This document shows, in pieces, positions 1-9,983 of a stretch of DNA of 64,000 nucleotides. The position numbers and the translations under genes were made by a program. The notes under the pieces are model-generated. The model made no database searches. It had not been told where the DNA came from and was given only the letters and a program-made list of their open reading frames with translations. The number at the start of each line of letters is the position of its first letter. Position 1 is the stretch's first letter. The DNA is from a virus, in the IMG/VR virus record IMGVR_UViG_3300045988_122291, positions 32,001-96,000 of that record; one strand, given 5' to 3'.

Positions 1-1
1 T

Positions 2-1675
2 ATTATTGACGCTCCAAGCTATGAATATGCGCCAGAAACTAATACAGTATCTTTTAGTTTACTTGACCTTATGGCAAAGCTGACAGGTACTCGAAACGGC
101 TATTTGAAGGGTGCTCCTGTTGTGCTTAAAGCTGGTGAAAATATTCGTCAAACAATTATTGATACATTGGCTTTAGGTGGTTTTACTCAATATGTTGTCG
201 AAGAAGCGCCGTTTCCAAGTGTAATTCCTACAGACCTTGAATTTAATCAAGGTTCAACTGTGTATGATTTGCTATCAGGTTTAAGGGACATATATCCATA
301 CTATGAAATGTATTTTGATGTAAACGGTACATTTTTTTACAAGCGCAAGCCAACAGGTGAGAATGACCCAGTTGTTGTTGATGACACTACGTTTATTCCG
401 ATTGTTACCAACGAAAAGATTGAAGTTGACTTTCAGAATGTAAAGAATAGCATTGAAGTATGGGGACGAACTCACGACCCAGCACATTATTCCGACACTG
501 CGGAAGTTACTGACAATATTATTAAGCTGACTATTGAAGATGTAACAGCTTATACCGAAAACGTAGTGTATGGTTTTACAATGAAAAATAATAAGGGTTT
601 AACTGCACCAAAGCTAAAAATCAATGACCTTGCTGTATTGCCGATTAAAAATGATGATGGTACTGACACTAATATTGTTGCTGAAGAAGGCGATGTTTAT
701 TTTTGCGTTCAGTATAAAACAACTTATTGGCGATGGCTTGGACATTTGCAAGCATATGGTTTTGTCGAAGATACAAATGAAAAAAGCCCTTATTATGTAA
801 ATGGTTCAGTAGGACGTATTCGACTACCATTATATGATGGAGACTATGCGAATTGTCTGACAGATGATTTAGCATTGCAACGTGCTAAATACGAGTTATG
901 GCTTCATACCAATCTGAATGATACTGTAACATTAACTTGCGTTCCTGTGTATTGGTTTGACGTTAATATGCTTGTTGAATATACATTGAATCGCAATGGT
1001 GAAAAGCGTAAATATCTTATTACTTCAATTCAGCAAGGTCTTGCTCCAACAGATAATATGACTGTTACTATGGCAAGATATTATGGCGAAAATGAAGCTG
1101 ATACAGATTATGAGTTGCTTGAATATATTGAATCTGATGGAGACCAATGGATTGATGTTGGGTTCAATCCAAAGCAAGATACTCGTGTTTATGCCAAGGT
1201 TAGCCAATATCCGAATACTAAGGAAGGCGCATTGTTTGGTGCTCGTGATTCTGCGGACGGCACAGTGCATTATACATTTCGCACTAACAACAAAAAGTAT
1301 CGTACAGAATATGCTAATGTTTATGCTGAATTTGCTTCAGAAGTAAATTTTGAAGAACAGTTTACAGTAGATAAAGATGATAATGTAACTACTTTGAATA
1401 CAGATAAAACGGCTACAATCGCATATACAGGCGTGTTTACTTGCGCTAATAGTTTGTATATATTTGCTTGTAATACAGGCGGTAAAGCTGACCTAAAGAC
1501 CAAGGGTGTAAGAATCCATAGTCTTGTTATTTATGATGATGATAATGCTGTACGCAATCTCATTCCTGCTCGTCATAAAGAAACAGGCGAAATTGGTATG
1601 TATGATGGCGTAGAGCTAAAATTTTATAAAAATGCTGGTACTGGCAAATTTATTGCTGGTGCTGTTAAAAATTAA
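2..1675 (+). CDS. tail/baseplate-associated structural protein (5' partial)
   Basis: The frame is open from the window edge through the ATG at 71 (no stop in 2-70), so the gene probably starts upstream. It is the first gene of a + strand block of fiber-like genes. Confidence 0.45.
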   Translation: MIDAPSYEYAPETNTVSFSLLDLMAKLTGTRNGYLKGAPVVLKAGENIRQTIIDTLALGGFTQYVVEEAPFPSVIPTDLEFNQGSTVYDLLSGLRDIYPYYEMYFDVNGTFFYKRKPTGENDPVVVDDTTFIPIVTNEKIEVDFQNVKNSIEVWGRTHDPAHYSDTAEVTDNIIKLTIEDVTAYTENVVYGFTMKNNKGLTAPKLKINDLAVLPIKNDDGTDTNIVAEEGDVYFCVQYKTTYWRWLGHLQAYGFVEDTNEKSPYYVNGSVGRIRLPLYDGDYANCLTDDLALQRAKYELWLHTNLNDTVTLTCVPVYWFDVNMLVEYTLNRNGEKRKYLITSIQQGLAPTDNMTVTMARYYGENEADTDYELLEYIESDGDQWIDVGFNPKQDTRVYAKVSQYPNTKEGALFGARDSADGTVHYTFRTNNKKYRTEYANVYAEFASEVNFEEQFTVDKDDNVTTLNTDKTATIAYTGVFTCANSLYIFACNTGGKADLKTKGVRIHSLVIYDDDNAVRNLIPARHKETGEIGMYDGVELKFYKNAGTGKFIAGAVKN

Positions 1676-1692
1676 GGAAGGAGTGGTGTAAT

Positions 1693-2541
1693 ATGTCAAC
1701 TCGTTATCCTGACCTTTCTCTAACGACTTTCCCCGATAGTGTTGATACAACTTTTAAGACGTTTTTGAATATTAGTGCTTCAGATGGAGCACTAATTAAA
1801 GGGTACACAGATGCTATGTACGCTGGCAATCAAACATTGGCAACACAGTATTTAGCACAGATACCTTCTGCCACTCAAAAAATTATTCAGTCCAGCGATT
1901 TGAATAAAATGACTGAAGCAATTCTTGCTATTGAACGTTTTTATTCTACTGATATTAGTAGTGATATTGAGCAACGACAAGAAGCATGGAAAGCATTGAT
2001 TGATAATTTTGGTTATATTGGTGAATGGGATAGTAATACAGTTTATAAAAAGAACAATCTTGTGTCATATTCTATTGGAGACAATTCTAATATTTATATT
2101 GCTCTTAAAGATATGGATAGTGGAATTACTCCTACTAATGGTAACTATTGGCGTGTATTAACACAAAAAGGTAAACAAGGCGTATCTGGTACTGGTTTAG
2201 CATATCGAGCTAAATGGTCGTCAAGCGAAGATTATCAGAAAGATAATGCGGTAACTCATAATGGCGCTTTATGGCAATCTTTGACAAATAATTCAAATGT
2301 AGAACCGGGTACAAATGACGCTATTTGGAAATTAGTTATGCCATATGTGGTAACTGTTTACCCTATTCAAGATACTCAACCAACCAATCAAAATGAAGGC
2401 GAATTGTGGTTTGACACTTCTGGTAATCCTACTCAATATTATAAACTTGAACCTTTGTTAAATCCTGCAACCGCTTCTAACATTGCTGCTGGTTTTGAAG
2501 CGTATGATAGTCAAGGAAACTTGATTGTCGGAACAATGTAA
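1693..2541 (+). CDS. tail fiber-like protein
   Basis: SD AAGGAAGGAG lies upstream. Repeated modules of the type NLVSYSIGDNSNIYIALKD..PTNGNYW and NAVTHNGALWQSL resemble phage fiber carbohydrate-binding repeats. The next gene is a paralog. Confidence 0.45.
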   Translation: MSTRYPDLSLTTFPDSVDTTFKTFLNISASDGALIKGYTDAMYAGNQTLATQYLAQIPSATQKIIQSSDLNKMTEAILAIERFYSTDISSDIEQRQEAWKALIDNFGYIGEWDSNTVYKKNNLVSYSIGDNSNIYIALKDMDSGITPTNGNYWRVLTQKGKQGVSGTGLAYRAKWSSSEDYQKDNAVTHNGALWQSLTNNSNVEPGTNDAIWKLVMPYVVTVYPIQDTQPTNQNEGELWFDTSGNPTQYYKLEPLLNPATASNIAAGFEAYDSQGNLIVGTM

Positions 2542-2553
2542 GGGGTGTGTTTT

Positions 2554-3615
2554 ATGGCAAACCCTAATACTTTGTTCTCATGGATGAAATATCAAGATAT
2601 TCAATTATCAGATGTGGATTTACGTTCACAGTTTGAAGCGGATATGTCTGTTGGTAATTATGCGCAAGCATTACAGCTATTATCTAATAATCAAGCACAA
2701 TTTCGTGGTAAGTCTTGGATTGGCGATAGTGTAAATACTATTATAACAGGAATTTTAACCATTGAAAATTTATATGGAAATGGTGTAATAAATTATTTAT
2801 CTGACCTTACAATTAGCTTGCAAAGTTTAATAGATAATTATCGTAATATGGAAACTTATGATTCTTCTAAAGAATATAAAGAAATGAATTTTGTTTCATA
2901 TAATGAAGATATGTACATGGCTTTGCAAGAAATTCCAAAAGGAACATTGCCTACAGATAATAATTATTGGTTGTATATTGGACTAAAAGGTGAACAAGGT
3001 GCTTCTGGTGTTAATGTGCGACAACAATATGATTATTCTTCTACAAAAACTTATCAAGTTAATGATATTGTTGTGTATCAAAATCAAATATACGTTGCAC
3101 TTAAAACTAATATAGGTATTGCGCCAACTGATGAAACTAATTGGCTTTTATATCAAAAAGTTATTAAAGGTAATATTTTTGTAGGAGTTGAAGCACCGAC
3201 AGAAAATTTGGTTGAAGGTAAAGTTTGGTTTAAGACAAAAATAGACCCTTATACTTATGTTGGTAATAGTTCTATTGTTGGAACTTTTATGGTTTATCAT
3301 GAAAACGGTAGTTGGGAAGAAATGTATCCAAATACTGTTTTTGATTTGGTAGATATGGAACAATATTCAGTAAAAGGTTATGATTATTCCATAATTATAA
3401 CACAGTCTGAATGGAATAATCAAACAATAGAAATAAGCAATTCACATTTTACTGAAAGTTCTGTTGTTAATATTTTACCAGAAAGTACAATGACCGAAGC
3501 ACAATGGAAACAATATAATTTTCTTGAAAGTGTTGTAGTATCTAACGGCAAAATTATTATTACCGCAAACCATTCAATAACAGAAAATTTGCCGATAAAA
3601 ATTCTAATTAGATAA
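2554..3615 (+). CDS. tail fiber-like protein (paralog of 1693..2541)
   Basis: An ATG at 2554 follows AAGGGGTG; the track start at 2545 is a GTG. It has the same Y..N..V.Y....Y.AL....P....YW modules and the same N-terminal Q.L...Q layout as the previous gene. Confidence 0.45.
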   Translation: MANPNTLFSWMKYQDIQLSDVDLRSQFEADMSVGNYAQALQLLSNNQAQFRGKSWIGDSVNTIITGILTIENLYGNGVINYLSDLTISLQSLIDNYRNMETYDSSKEYKEMNFVSYNEDMYMALQEIPKGTLPTDNNYWLYIGLKGEQGASGVNVRQQYDYSSTKTYQVNDIVVYQNQIYVALKTNIGIAPTDETNWLLYQKVIKGNIFVGVEAPTENLVEGKVWFKTKIDPYTYVGNSSIVGTFMVYHENGSWEEMYPNTVFDLVDMEQYSVKGYDYSIIITQSEWNNQTIEISNSHFTESSVVNILPESTMTEAQWKQYNFLESVVVSNGKIIITANHSITENLPIKILIR

Positions 3616-3627
3616 GGAGGAAGTAAG

Positions 3628-3975
3628 TTGATAAAATTTCGTCTTTCAGATAAAGAAAACAATGAATATGTTGACTTGTTTCCTCGGACTTCTGTAAGAG
3701 CTATTGTCGATGGAGAAAATTTTCGTAAGACGCAAATTATAGAAGTTGAAGTTCCCGCTTTTAACGGAGTTACACAAAATATATCAATTCAGACAAACGC
3801 TAATATTGTTAATGCGCCATTTGAAGTGCATTTATTGAATGGAAACAAAAGAGATTATAACACCCTTAATCAAGTGCAAGTTGTTGAAGGGGCAGTAATT
3901 ATAACTCGATTAAACACGATGCCAGAAAACGCAATCAAAATTGCTTTGGTATTTTATGGAATAAGGGGTGAATAA
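3628..3975 (+). CDS. hypothetical virion-module protein
   Basis: TTG start after TAAGGAGGAAGTAAG. Tightly packed in the + strand structural block. Confidence 0.4.
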   Translation: MIKFRLSDKENNEYVDLFPRTSVRAIVDGENFRKTQIIEVEVPAFNGVTQNISIQTNANIVNAPFEVHLLNGNKRDYNTLNQVQVVEGAVIITRLNTMPENAIKIALVFYGIRGE

Positions 3976-3977
3976 AA

Positions 3978-4349
3978 ATGGCGAATAAAGGATTTGCTAT
4001 GAAGGTGAAAACTTCAAATGGATATGTCACATTATCTCCCCAAACTTTTTCTAACCAAGTAATTGATGCTGATTTTGGCGAAGTGTTTATAAAAGTTATT
4101 ACTTTAAGCGTAATGAATTGGAACGAAAATTTACAACAAACAGTTGATGTTACAGGGATTTTATCTTCTGACGCTCCTATTATAACAAAAGTTCTTGAAG
4201 GAACAACAGAGCAAATGAAACAGCAAGAAAAAGCGTTTAATTGTATCAATCCAATTACGGGTGTTTTTTCCACTAACAATGCAGTAAGATTTACTTGTAA
4301 AACAAAACCGCAAGTAGATTTTAAAATACAAATATATTGGACTCGATAA
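3978..4349 (+). CDS. hypothetical virion-module protein
   Basis: ATG after GGGGTGAATAAAA. Co-directional tight packing. Confidence 0.4.
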   Translation: MANKGFAMKVKTSNGYVTLSPQTFSNQVIDADFGEVFIKVITLSVMNWNENLQQTVDVTGILSSDAPIITKVLEGTTEQMKQQEKAFNCINPITGVFSTNNAVRFTCKTKPQVDFKIQIYWTR

Positions 4350-4366
4350 AGAAAGGAGTGTGAAAA

Positions 4367-5083
4367 ATGCCAGATTATATTAAAGCCCCTGACGGTGCGT
4401 ATCTATTCAAAGATAATGAAGTTGAAATTATCAAGGATGAATTGGGTAGACCTATTGTAACATTTAAGTCTGCTGGCACAACTGCTGTTAAATCAGTAAA
4501 TGGCAAAACAGGTGATGTTCAGATTTCTTGTGAAGATGTTCATGCTTTGCCAGATACTACTCAGTATGTAACGCCAGATAATCTCAAGATTCTTGAAGAT
4601 ACTGTTCAAGCCTTGAATAGCGAAGTCGGAGATTGCGAAAAGAAATTAGACGGCTTCAATATTCGCGTGATTGATGTTGAAGGTGCTATCGCTTCTAAGT
4701 TGACGTTGACTGGTGGCACAATGTTGGGTAATATTGACATGAATGAACACGCTTTGATTAACGCACAAAAAATTCATGTTGATGGTACTACACCTGTGTT
4801 CATTGGTTCAGTTATTGAAAAAATTGACAAGGGTGTAAGACTAACCAGCACTACAGAAGGTGAAGCCGCATTTGTTAAGCCAAATACTCAGAATACTTAT
4901 GTTCCTGTGTTTGGTGGTGCTCCAACAAATGCAAGCCACTTAACAACCAAAACATACGTTGATAACGAAATTAGCAACATGGAATCCAAGATGGACGGAC
5001 TTGTGCCATCTTTTACCGCTGATATGGAAGGCTATGTCCTCACTATTAAAAATGGTGTACCGACTTGGGTTCAACCATCTTAA
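4367..5083 (+). CDS. fiber/structural protein
   Basis: SD AAAGGAGTG upstream. The N-terminus MPDYIKAPDGAYLFKDNEVEIIKDELGRPIV is duplicated in the next ORF. Confidence 0.4.
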   Translation: MPDYIKAPDGAYLFKDNEVEIIKDELGRPIVTFKSAGTTAVKSVNGKTGDVQISCEDVHALPDTTQYVTPDNLKILEDTVQALNSEVGDCEKKLDGFNIRVIDVEGAIASKLTLTGGTMLGNIDMNEHALINAQKIHVDGTTPVFIGSVIEKIDKGVRLTSTTEGEAAFVKPNTQNTYVPVFGGAPTNASHLTTKTYVDNEISNMESKMDGLVPSFTADMEGYVLTIKNGVPTWVQPS

Positions 5084-5099
5084 TTAAAGGAGAGATTTC

Positions 5100-5300
5100 A
5101 TGCCGAAGAAACCTATAATGGCTCCTGATGGTGGCTATCTGCTCGATGGCGATGATTTTGTTATCACTAAAGACGAGTTGGGTAGACCAGTTATCAGTGT
5201 AGTAGGTGGGGCTACAGGGGATGTCAAAAAGATTGTGGAAGAACACAATGACGACCCGAACGCCCACGAAAAGATTGACCTCGATGGTGGCGAGTTGTAA
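5100..5300 (+). CDS. short paralog of the N-terminus of 4367..5083
   Basis: SD AAAGGAGAG upstream. MPKKPIMAPDGGYLLDGDDFVITKDELGRPVI aligns to the previous gene's N-terminus. Confidence 0.4.
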   Translation: MPKKPIMAPDGGYLLDGDDFVITKDELGRPVISVVGGATGDVKKIVEEHNDDPNAHEKIDLDGGEL

Positions 5301-5380
5301 TTCCACCAAAAGTATGCAAAATATGAGGATAACCTCATATAAATAAAAAATATATTTTTTATAAAAGGAGATTTTTTATT

Positions 5381-7015
5381 ATGGCTATTATTCAAATTAA
5401 GAGAACTTCTGAACTTGCCAAGATTACTGCCGCACAGCTAAAGGCTGGCGAACTTGCTGTTGTACTGGGTACTGGTGCTGACGCTGGTAAGCTGTATGTC
5501 GGTGTTGACGGCGTAGCTGGCACTGCCATTCCTGTAAAGGCTTCTGGTGCTGACATTGCTAATAAGCTGGCAAACGCTCAGAATTTCTCTATTGAAGGTG
5601 ACGTAACTGCTACTCCTGTTGCATTTGATGGCACTGGTGCTGTTGCGCTACAAGCTGTTATCGCTAACAAGGCTGTAACTAAGGCAAAGCTGGCTGATGA
5701 AGTTACCGCTTCTCTTGATAAGGCTGATTCCGCTGTACAAGAAGTTATCACTGGTAAGACCAACGGTACTATCAGCGTTGATGGCACTGACGTAGCAGTA
5801 TTTGGTCTTGGCGATGCGGCATACAAGACTGCTAAGTATTTTGAAGATGATGCTCAAACCAAGGCTGACGCTGTTAAGAATGCAGTAGTCAACACTATCA
5901 CTGCTGGCAATGGCGTTGCTGTAACTGGCACTGCTACTGAAAAGACCGTTGCGGTTGTTGTTGACCCGACTTCTGACGAGCATCTAACTGTTGGTGCTGA
6001 CGGTCTAAAGCTGACCCTACCTGCCGCTGACGAGTATAGTGTTGTTAAGGACGCTGACGCAGGTGAGTTCTCTGCTGTTTACCACCTGACCAAGAATGGT
6101 GCTAATGTTGGTGCGGCAATCAACATTCCTAAGGACTTGTTCGTTAAGTCTGGTGAAGTTGTTGTAAATCCAGAAGATCAACCTGCTGGCACTTACATTA
6201 AGCTGACCCTACAGAACCAAGAAGCACCTCTCTACATCAATGTTGCTACTCTAATTGACGCTTACACTGGTGTTGATGGTGACGAGATTACTGTTACCGT
6301 ATCTGAGGATAACAAGATTTCCGCAGTTATTAAGAACGGTACTATCGCTCTTGGTAAGCTGGTTCAAGGCGTACAAGACTCTATTGGTAAGGCTGACACT
6401 GCACTACAGAAGGCTGACATTGCAGAAGGCGCTACCAACGGTACTATTGCTGTAAAGGGCACTGACGTTGCTGTACACGGTCTAAAGGATGCGGCTTATT
6501 CAACTGTTACAGACCTGAACAAGCACGCTGATGACGCTGTTGACGCTCTAAAGGGTACTGAAGCTGATGCTACTACCGCTATCACTGTTTACGGTGCTCG
6601 TGCTCTGGCACAAAAGGGCGTAGACGATGCCGCTTCTGCAAAGGCTGAAGCTGACAAGAAGGTTGCTTCTGTAACTGCTGAAGATAAGTCTATCGTTGTT
6701 GGCGGTACTGCTACTGCTCCTACCGTTAAGGTTGGCGTATCTACTACCGAAGGCAATGCTCTAACTCTGGACGCTAACGGTCTATTCGTAGCTACTCCTT
6801 CTTCTATGGTTGCTGGCAACGGTATTACCATTGAGAACAACACTGTATCTGCAAAGGTAGTTGCCGCTAACGGTCTATCTGTTGATGCTTCTGGTATCAA
6901 GATGGCTCTTGGCTCTGCTACCACCGCTGGTGCTGTTAAGGGTTCTTCTGAAATTGCTATTGGTGCTGACGGTGCTATGACCGTAGATGTAATCGACTGC
7001 GGTTCTTTGGACTAA
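5381..7015 (+). CDS. Ala/Gly/Thr/Val-rich fiber protein with Mtd-N-like N-terminus
   Basis: SD AAAGGAGA upstream. The N-terminus IIQIKRTSELAKITAAQLKAGELAV..GKLYVG resembles the conserved N-terminal module of phage tropism/fiber proteins. Internal repeats: TNGTISVDGTDVAVFGLGDAAYKT and TNGTIAVKGTDVAVHGLKDAAYST. Codon usage differs visibly (GCT/GGT/ACT/GTT/CTG rich). A strong terminator follows. Confidence 0.5.
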   Translation: MAIIQIKRTSELAKITAAQLKAGELAVVLGTGADAGKLYVGVDGVAGTAIPVKASGADIANKLANAQNFSIEGDVTATPVAFDGTGAVALQAVIANKAVTKAKLADEVTASLDKADSAVQEVITGKTNGTISVDGTDVAVFGLGDAAYKTAKYFEDDAQTKADAVKNAVVNTITAGNGVAVTGTATEKTVAVVVDPTSDEHLTVGADGLKLTLPAADEYSVVKDADAGEFSAVYHLTKNGANVGAAINIPKDLFVKSGEVVVNPEDQPAGTYIKLTLQNQEAPLYINVATLIDAYTGVDGDEITVTVSEDNKISAVIKNGTIALGKLVQGVQDSIGKADTALQKADIAEGATNGTIAVKGTDVAVHGLKDAAYSTVTDLNKHADDAVDALKGTEADATTAITVYGARALAQKGVDDAASAKAEADKKVASVTAEDKSIVVGGTATAPTVKVGVSTTEGNALTLDANGLFVATPSSMVAGNGITIENNTVSAKVVAANGLSVDASGIKMALGSATTAGAVKGSSEIAIGADGAMTVDVIDCGSLD

Positions 7016-7033
7016 GATTAGTCAAAATTCCTA

Positions 7034-7062
7034 TTGACATTTCACAAATAGTGTGATACAAT
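7034..7062 (+). promoter_or_regulatory. sigma-A-type promoter (TTGACA-17-TGaTACAAT)
   Basis: TTGACA at 7034-7039, exact 17-nt spacer, TG extension, TACAAT at 7057-7062. Confidence 0.6.
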
Positions 7063-7065
7063 TAA

Positions 7066-7098
7066 GGGAGAGGGAAATATCCTTTCTCCCTATTTTTT
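7066..7098 (+). terminator. intrinsic terminator after the fiber gene, starting 4 nt after the -10 box
   Basis: GGGAGAGGGA..CCTTTCTCCC stem followed by TATTTTTT. Confidence 0.6.
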
Positions 7099-7122
7099 AC
7101 GAAAAGGAGGTTTGAGTCAGAG

Positions 7123-7779
7123 ATGCGAATAATTCTAAACGGTCGTGACGTATCGTACATTAACAATGACCGTGTTGTTGGCTTTGAAACAGACAATGAT
7201 GTGAATGAGTTCATTTGCGTTGTAGAAGATTCTATACCTACGCCAGCTTGGGGATATAAACTTGATGTTAAAGCCAAATTGGGTAACAAGATATTCTACA
7301 ACACAATTAACTTGACCAAGAGTAAAGACGCAGATAATGAGTATAGTGTTTTGCTTGGAGCGAATATGCTACCGCAAGGCAAATGTTTATGTAATATTCG
7401 CCGTATTTCGGGCAAAAAGGTCTATAACTCAGATGTGTTTGAAATGTGGGTTAAGAAGCCTGTACTTAGTTATTGTGGTGCATATCAGGAAGATGGATTT
7501 ATCCCCAGCGAGTTCTTTCAAATTGAGCAAAGAATGGACGAAATAAATAATCATCCTCCTGTCCCTGACGCAAGCGGATACTGGAAAATCTGGAATGCTG
7601 ATAAAGGCGAATATGAAATTTCAGATATTCCTTCTTCTGGTGGAACAGTATCTTTTATTGCTGGTGACGGTCTTGATATTCAAGATAACAAAATTTCAAT
7701 TAAAACAGATAAAAAGTCTATTTCCGTCAATGAAGATAACGAGATTTACGTTAATGGCATTGACGGTGATATTTTGTAA
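7123..7779 (+). CDS. hypothetical structural-module protein
   Basis: SD AAAGGAGG upstream. Co-directional with the fiber genes. Confidence 0.4.
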   Translation: MRIILNGRDVSYINNDRVVGFETDNDVNEFICVVEDSIPTPAWGYKLDVKAKLGNKIFYNTINLTKSKDADNEYSVLLGANMLPQGKCLCNIRRISGKKVYNSDVFEMWVKKPVLSYCGAYQEDGFIPSEFFQIEQRMDEINNHPPVPDASGYWKIWNADKGEYEISDIPSSGGTVSFIAGDGLDIQDNKISIKTDKKSISVNEDNEIYVNGIDGDIL

Positions 7780-7794
7780 GAAAGGAGATTATTT

Positions 7795-8448
7795 ATGGCG
7801 AAGAAAATTCAACTACTTCGCGGCAAAGAAGTTAAACTAAAATCTGCTACTAACCCTTCTGGTTATGTGCTTTCTGATGGCGAATTTTGTGTAGATACTA
7901 CTCAGCATAAAGTTTTTGTTGGTGATGCTAACGCTACACCAGATGGGCGTTTTGCATTAACTAATGAATCTGATGTTAAAGCACTACAAACTGAAGTCGA
8001 AAATGTTGCGCAAGATGTTGCAGATATTCAGCTTGATTACGCTAAAACTGCCAGTGGTAATACTATTACCGCTAATAGCGTTGCTGTCGGCAATGCAGAA
8101 GGTAAACTAACTGGTGTAAATGGCACAAATGGACAAGTAATGGGGTTTGGCGAGAATGGTGTTCCTCAAGCAATGAACATTTCTATGCCTGTTCCTGCTT
8201 ATAATCATGTAGCTTCTGCTACTATTCCCGCTACTGGTACTTCACCTGTTTCTGTAAGTATTCCGGGTATGCCAGCAGATTGTAATTGCTTTTTGTGTAT
8301 GCCAGCGTTTACAGAGTGGACTTCTCAGCCTCGTAACTGGAATAGATTGGTTGGTGTTGTAACTGATAACACAGCAGGTCGTATTCTTTTTCATCACACA
8401 AACTCTATTGATGTTGCAATTCCTTTTGTGGTCTTTTGGACTGCATAA
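7795..8448 (+). CDS. tail fiber / receptor-binding-like protein
   Basis: SD AAAGGAGA upstream. The N-terminus KIQLLRGKEVKLKSATNPSGYVLSDGEFCVDTTQHKVFVGD matches the Mtd-N-like fiber N-terminal pattern also seen in 5381..7015. Confidence 0.45.
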   Translation: MAKKIQLLRGKEVKLKSATNPSGYVLSDGEFCVDTTQHKVFVGDANATPDGRFALTNESDVKALQTEVENVAQDVADIQLDYAKTASGNTITANSVAVGNAEGKLTGVNGTNGQVMGFGENGVPQAMNISMPVPAYNHVASATIPATGTSPVSVSIPGMPADCNCFLCMPAFTEWTSQPRNWNRLVGVVTDNTAGRILFHHTNSIDVAIPFVVFWTA

Positions 8449-8456
8449 TAAATAAT

Positions 8457-8492
8457 AGGGAAGATAGTTAATTCTATCTTCCCTATTTTTTT
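8457..8492 (+). terminator. intrinsic terminator closing the + strand block (convergent junction)
   Basis: AGGGAAGATAG-TTAATT-CTATCTTCCCT followed by ATTTTTTT. Confidence 0.7.
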
Positions 8493-8518
8493 CGATTGTT
8501 ACTTTTAGACGGTAATTG

Positions 8519-9076
8519 TTACTTTAGACGGTATAGAGTATTTTCAATTTCTGACCATGACGCATAAGGATAAAGATTATATTTGTTATCTTTATTCCAC
8601 GGCTGACCAAATAATAAGCCCAATCTGCGAGGGCTTGAAGCCATAATCCATTTATAGACATTCTCGGCACAATCGTCAATAAGAACATCACCTTGTACCA
8701 GTTCTTTATGCTGTGTGATGACAATGTGGTCGTTAAGCCACTGTCCTGTAACATCTAATAAGTCTTTCAGACAGTACATTTTTTCACCAAGAGCAAGATT
8801 GAACACATAGGATGCAGTAACAAAGTAAATTTCGTGATTTTGATTAAGCAGATTAAAAGCGTTTTTAGCATCGTCAATTAACGTAACTTCATTGTGCCAA
8901 AACGTGACATCTTTAAGTTCAGCCCAAGGGTTAATATTCCTATATACGTTTTCAAACCAATGATAATGCGTTATGTTTTCAAGAGTATATCTTGTGCCAT
9001 AACGATTGTTAAGACGCTTGAGTAATGCTTCTTGAGTATTAAGTATTACGCCGTCTACATCAATTAAGATTCTCAT
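8519..9076 (-). CDS. 5'(3')-deoxyribonucleotidase (HAD/NT5C-like)
   Basis: The N-terminal MRILIDVDGVILNT carries the HAD DxDxV motif. Size and layout are typical of phage NT5C-type nucleotidases. Confidence 0.55.
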   Translation of the reverse strand: MRILIDVDGVILNTQEALLKRLNNRYGTRYTLENITHYHWFENVYRNINPWAELKDVTFWHNEVTLIDDAKNAFNLLNQNHEIYFVTASYVFNLALGEKMYCLKDLLDVTGQWLNDHIVITQHKELVQGDVLIDDCAENVYKWIMASSPRRLGLLFGQPWNKDNKYNLYPYASWSEIENTLYRLK

Positions 9077-9085
9077 GGATAATAT

Positions 9086-9256
9086 TCACCTTTTTTCTAT
9101 AAAATAATGCGGGCAATCTTCACAGCCTTCGCTTCTGCTGTTGCACCAACCGAAGATAGCATTGCCGTGATATTCCATGCTTTTATAGCATTGAGCAAGT
9201 GAATGTTGTAATTTTACGTTTTCAATAAATTCACTTATCCACTTACGAATCTTCAT
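9086..9256 (-). CDS. small Cys-rich protein
   Basis: I prefer the internal ATG at 9256 (GGAG 9 nt upstream). It overlaps the stop of the upstream gene. Confidence 0.35.
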   Translation of the reverse strand: MKIRKWISEFIENVKLQHSLAQCYKSMEYHGNAIFGWCNSRSEGCEDCPHYFIEKR

Positions 9257-9971
9257 TCTCGTCAACTCCGAACATCTGACCATACCAGCCTTCTTCAGTG
9301 AAAGCTAATTTATTGTTATTATCAGTGATTACCTTGGGGTCATCTGGGTCAGTCATGTCCCAGTAATCAAATGCTACATTGCAATTAAGGCAAGCAATAG
9401 CAGTATCTACCTTTGCGTTTACCTTTACGCCACAGCAAGGGCAAATATAAGACTTCTTCTGTGCGGGATTGACTTCTGGGAAAGTAGTGTTGCGAGTATA
9501 GTCGCAGATATGCGGGTCTACAATGCCATCGTCAATAAGGGACTGAATGAAGTCGCAGAAAGTGGGAGTTGCTTCGGTATGACCCCAACCAATACCTTGC
9601 GCCTTGTCACAGATAAGGTCACGGGATTCACATTCCTTCTTGAACTTTGCGTTATGGGACTTACCTCTGCAATCAATGATATGGTTGACCTTGCAATACA
9701 GATGAATCATTTCGTGCATAAGGGTTTCAGCAGTCTGATAGATACCGTCACCAAGACGTTCACCAGCAATACTAATTTCATACTTAATGTCGGTATCATC
9801 ATTGACATTGACATAAGTGTCGTCCCAGAAACATCCTGCAAGGTTATTACCATTCTTCTTTGCGCCTACAGTAAGGGTGATATAGGGCTGTGGGAGAGCG
9901 GATTCAAAATAATGCTCATTAAGGTGTTGGAATAAGGTTTCAAGATTCTTAATTACTTCATAGCTTGTCAT
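9243..9971 (-). CDS. SprT-like zinc metalloprotease domain protein
   Basis: HEMIH (HExxH) sits in a LMHEMIHLYC context. A C-terminal CPCCG...CLNC zinc ribbon is present. Confidence 0.5.
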   Translation of the reverse strand: MTSYEVIKNLETLFQHLNEHYFESALPQPYITLTVGAKKNGNNLAGCFWDDTYVNVNDDTDIKYEISIAGERLGDGIYQTAETLMHEMIHLYCKVNHIIDCRGKSHNAKFKKECESRDLICDKAQGIGWGHTEATPTFCDFIQSLIDDGIVDPHICDYTRNTTFPEVNPAQKKSYICPCCGVKVNAKVDTAIACLNCNVAFDYWDMTDPDDPKVITDNNNKLAFTEEGWYGQMFGVDENEDS

Positions 9972-9983
9972 GGTTATTCTCCT

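Noticed and set aside
5578-6924. Several 80-111 aa antisense or out-of-frame ORFs inside the Ala-rich fiber gene
   Set aside because: The GC-rich, repetitive codon composition of 5381..7015 suppresses stop codons in other frames. They have no independent signals.
5381-8448. A diversity-generating retroelement, suggested by the Mtd-N-like fiber N-termini
   Set aside because: No reverse transcriptase gene and no template/variable repeat pair is visible in this window.
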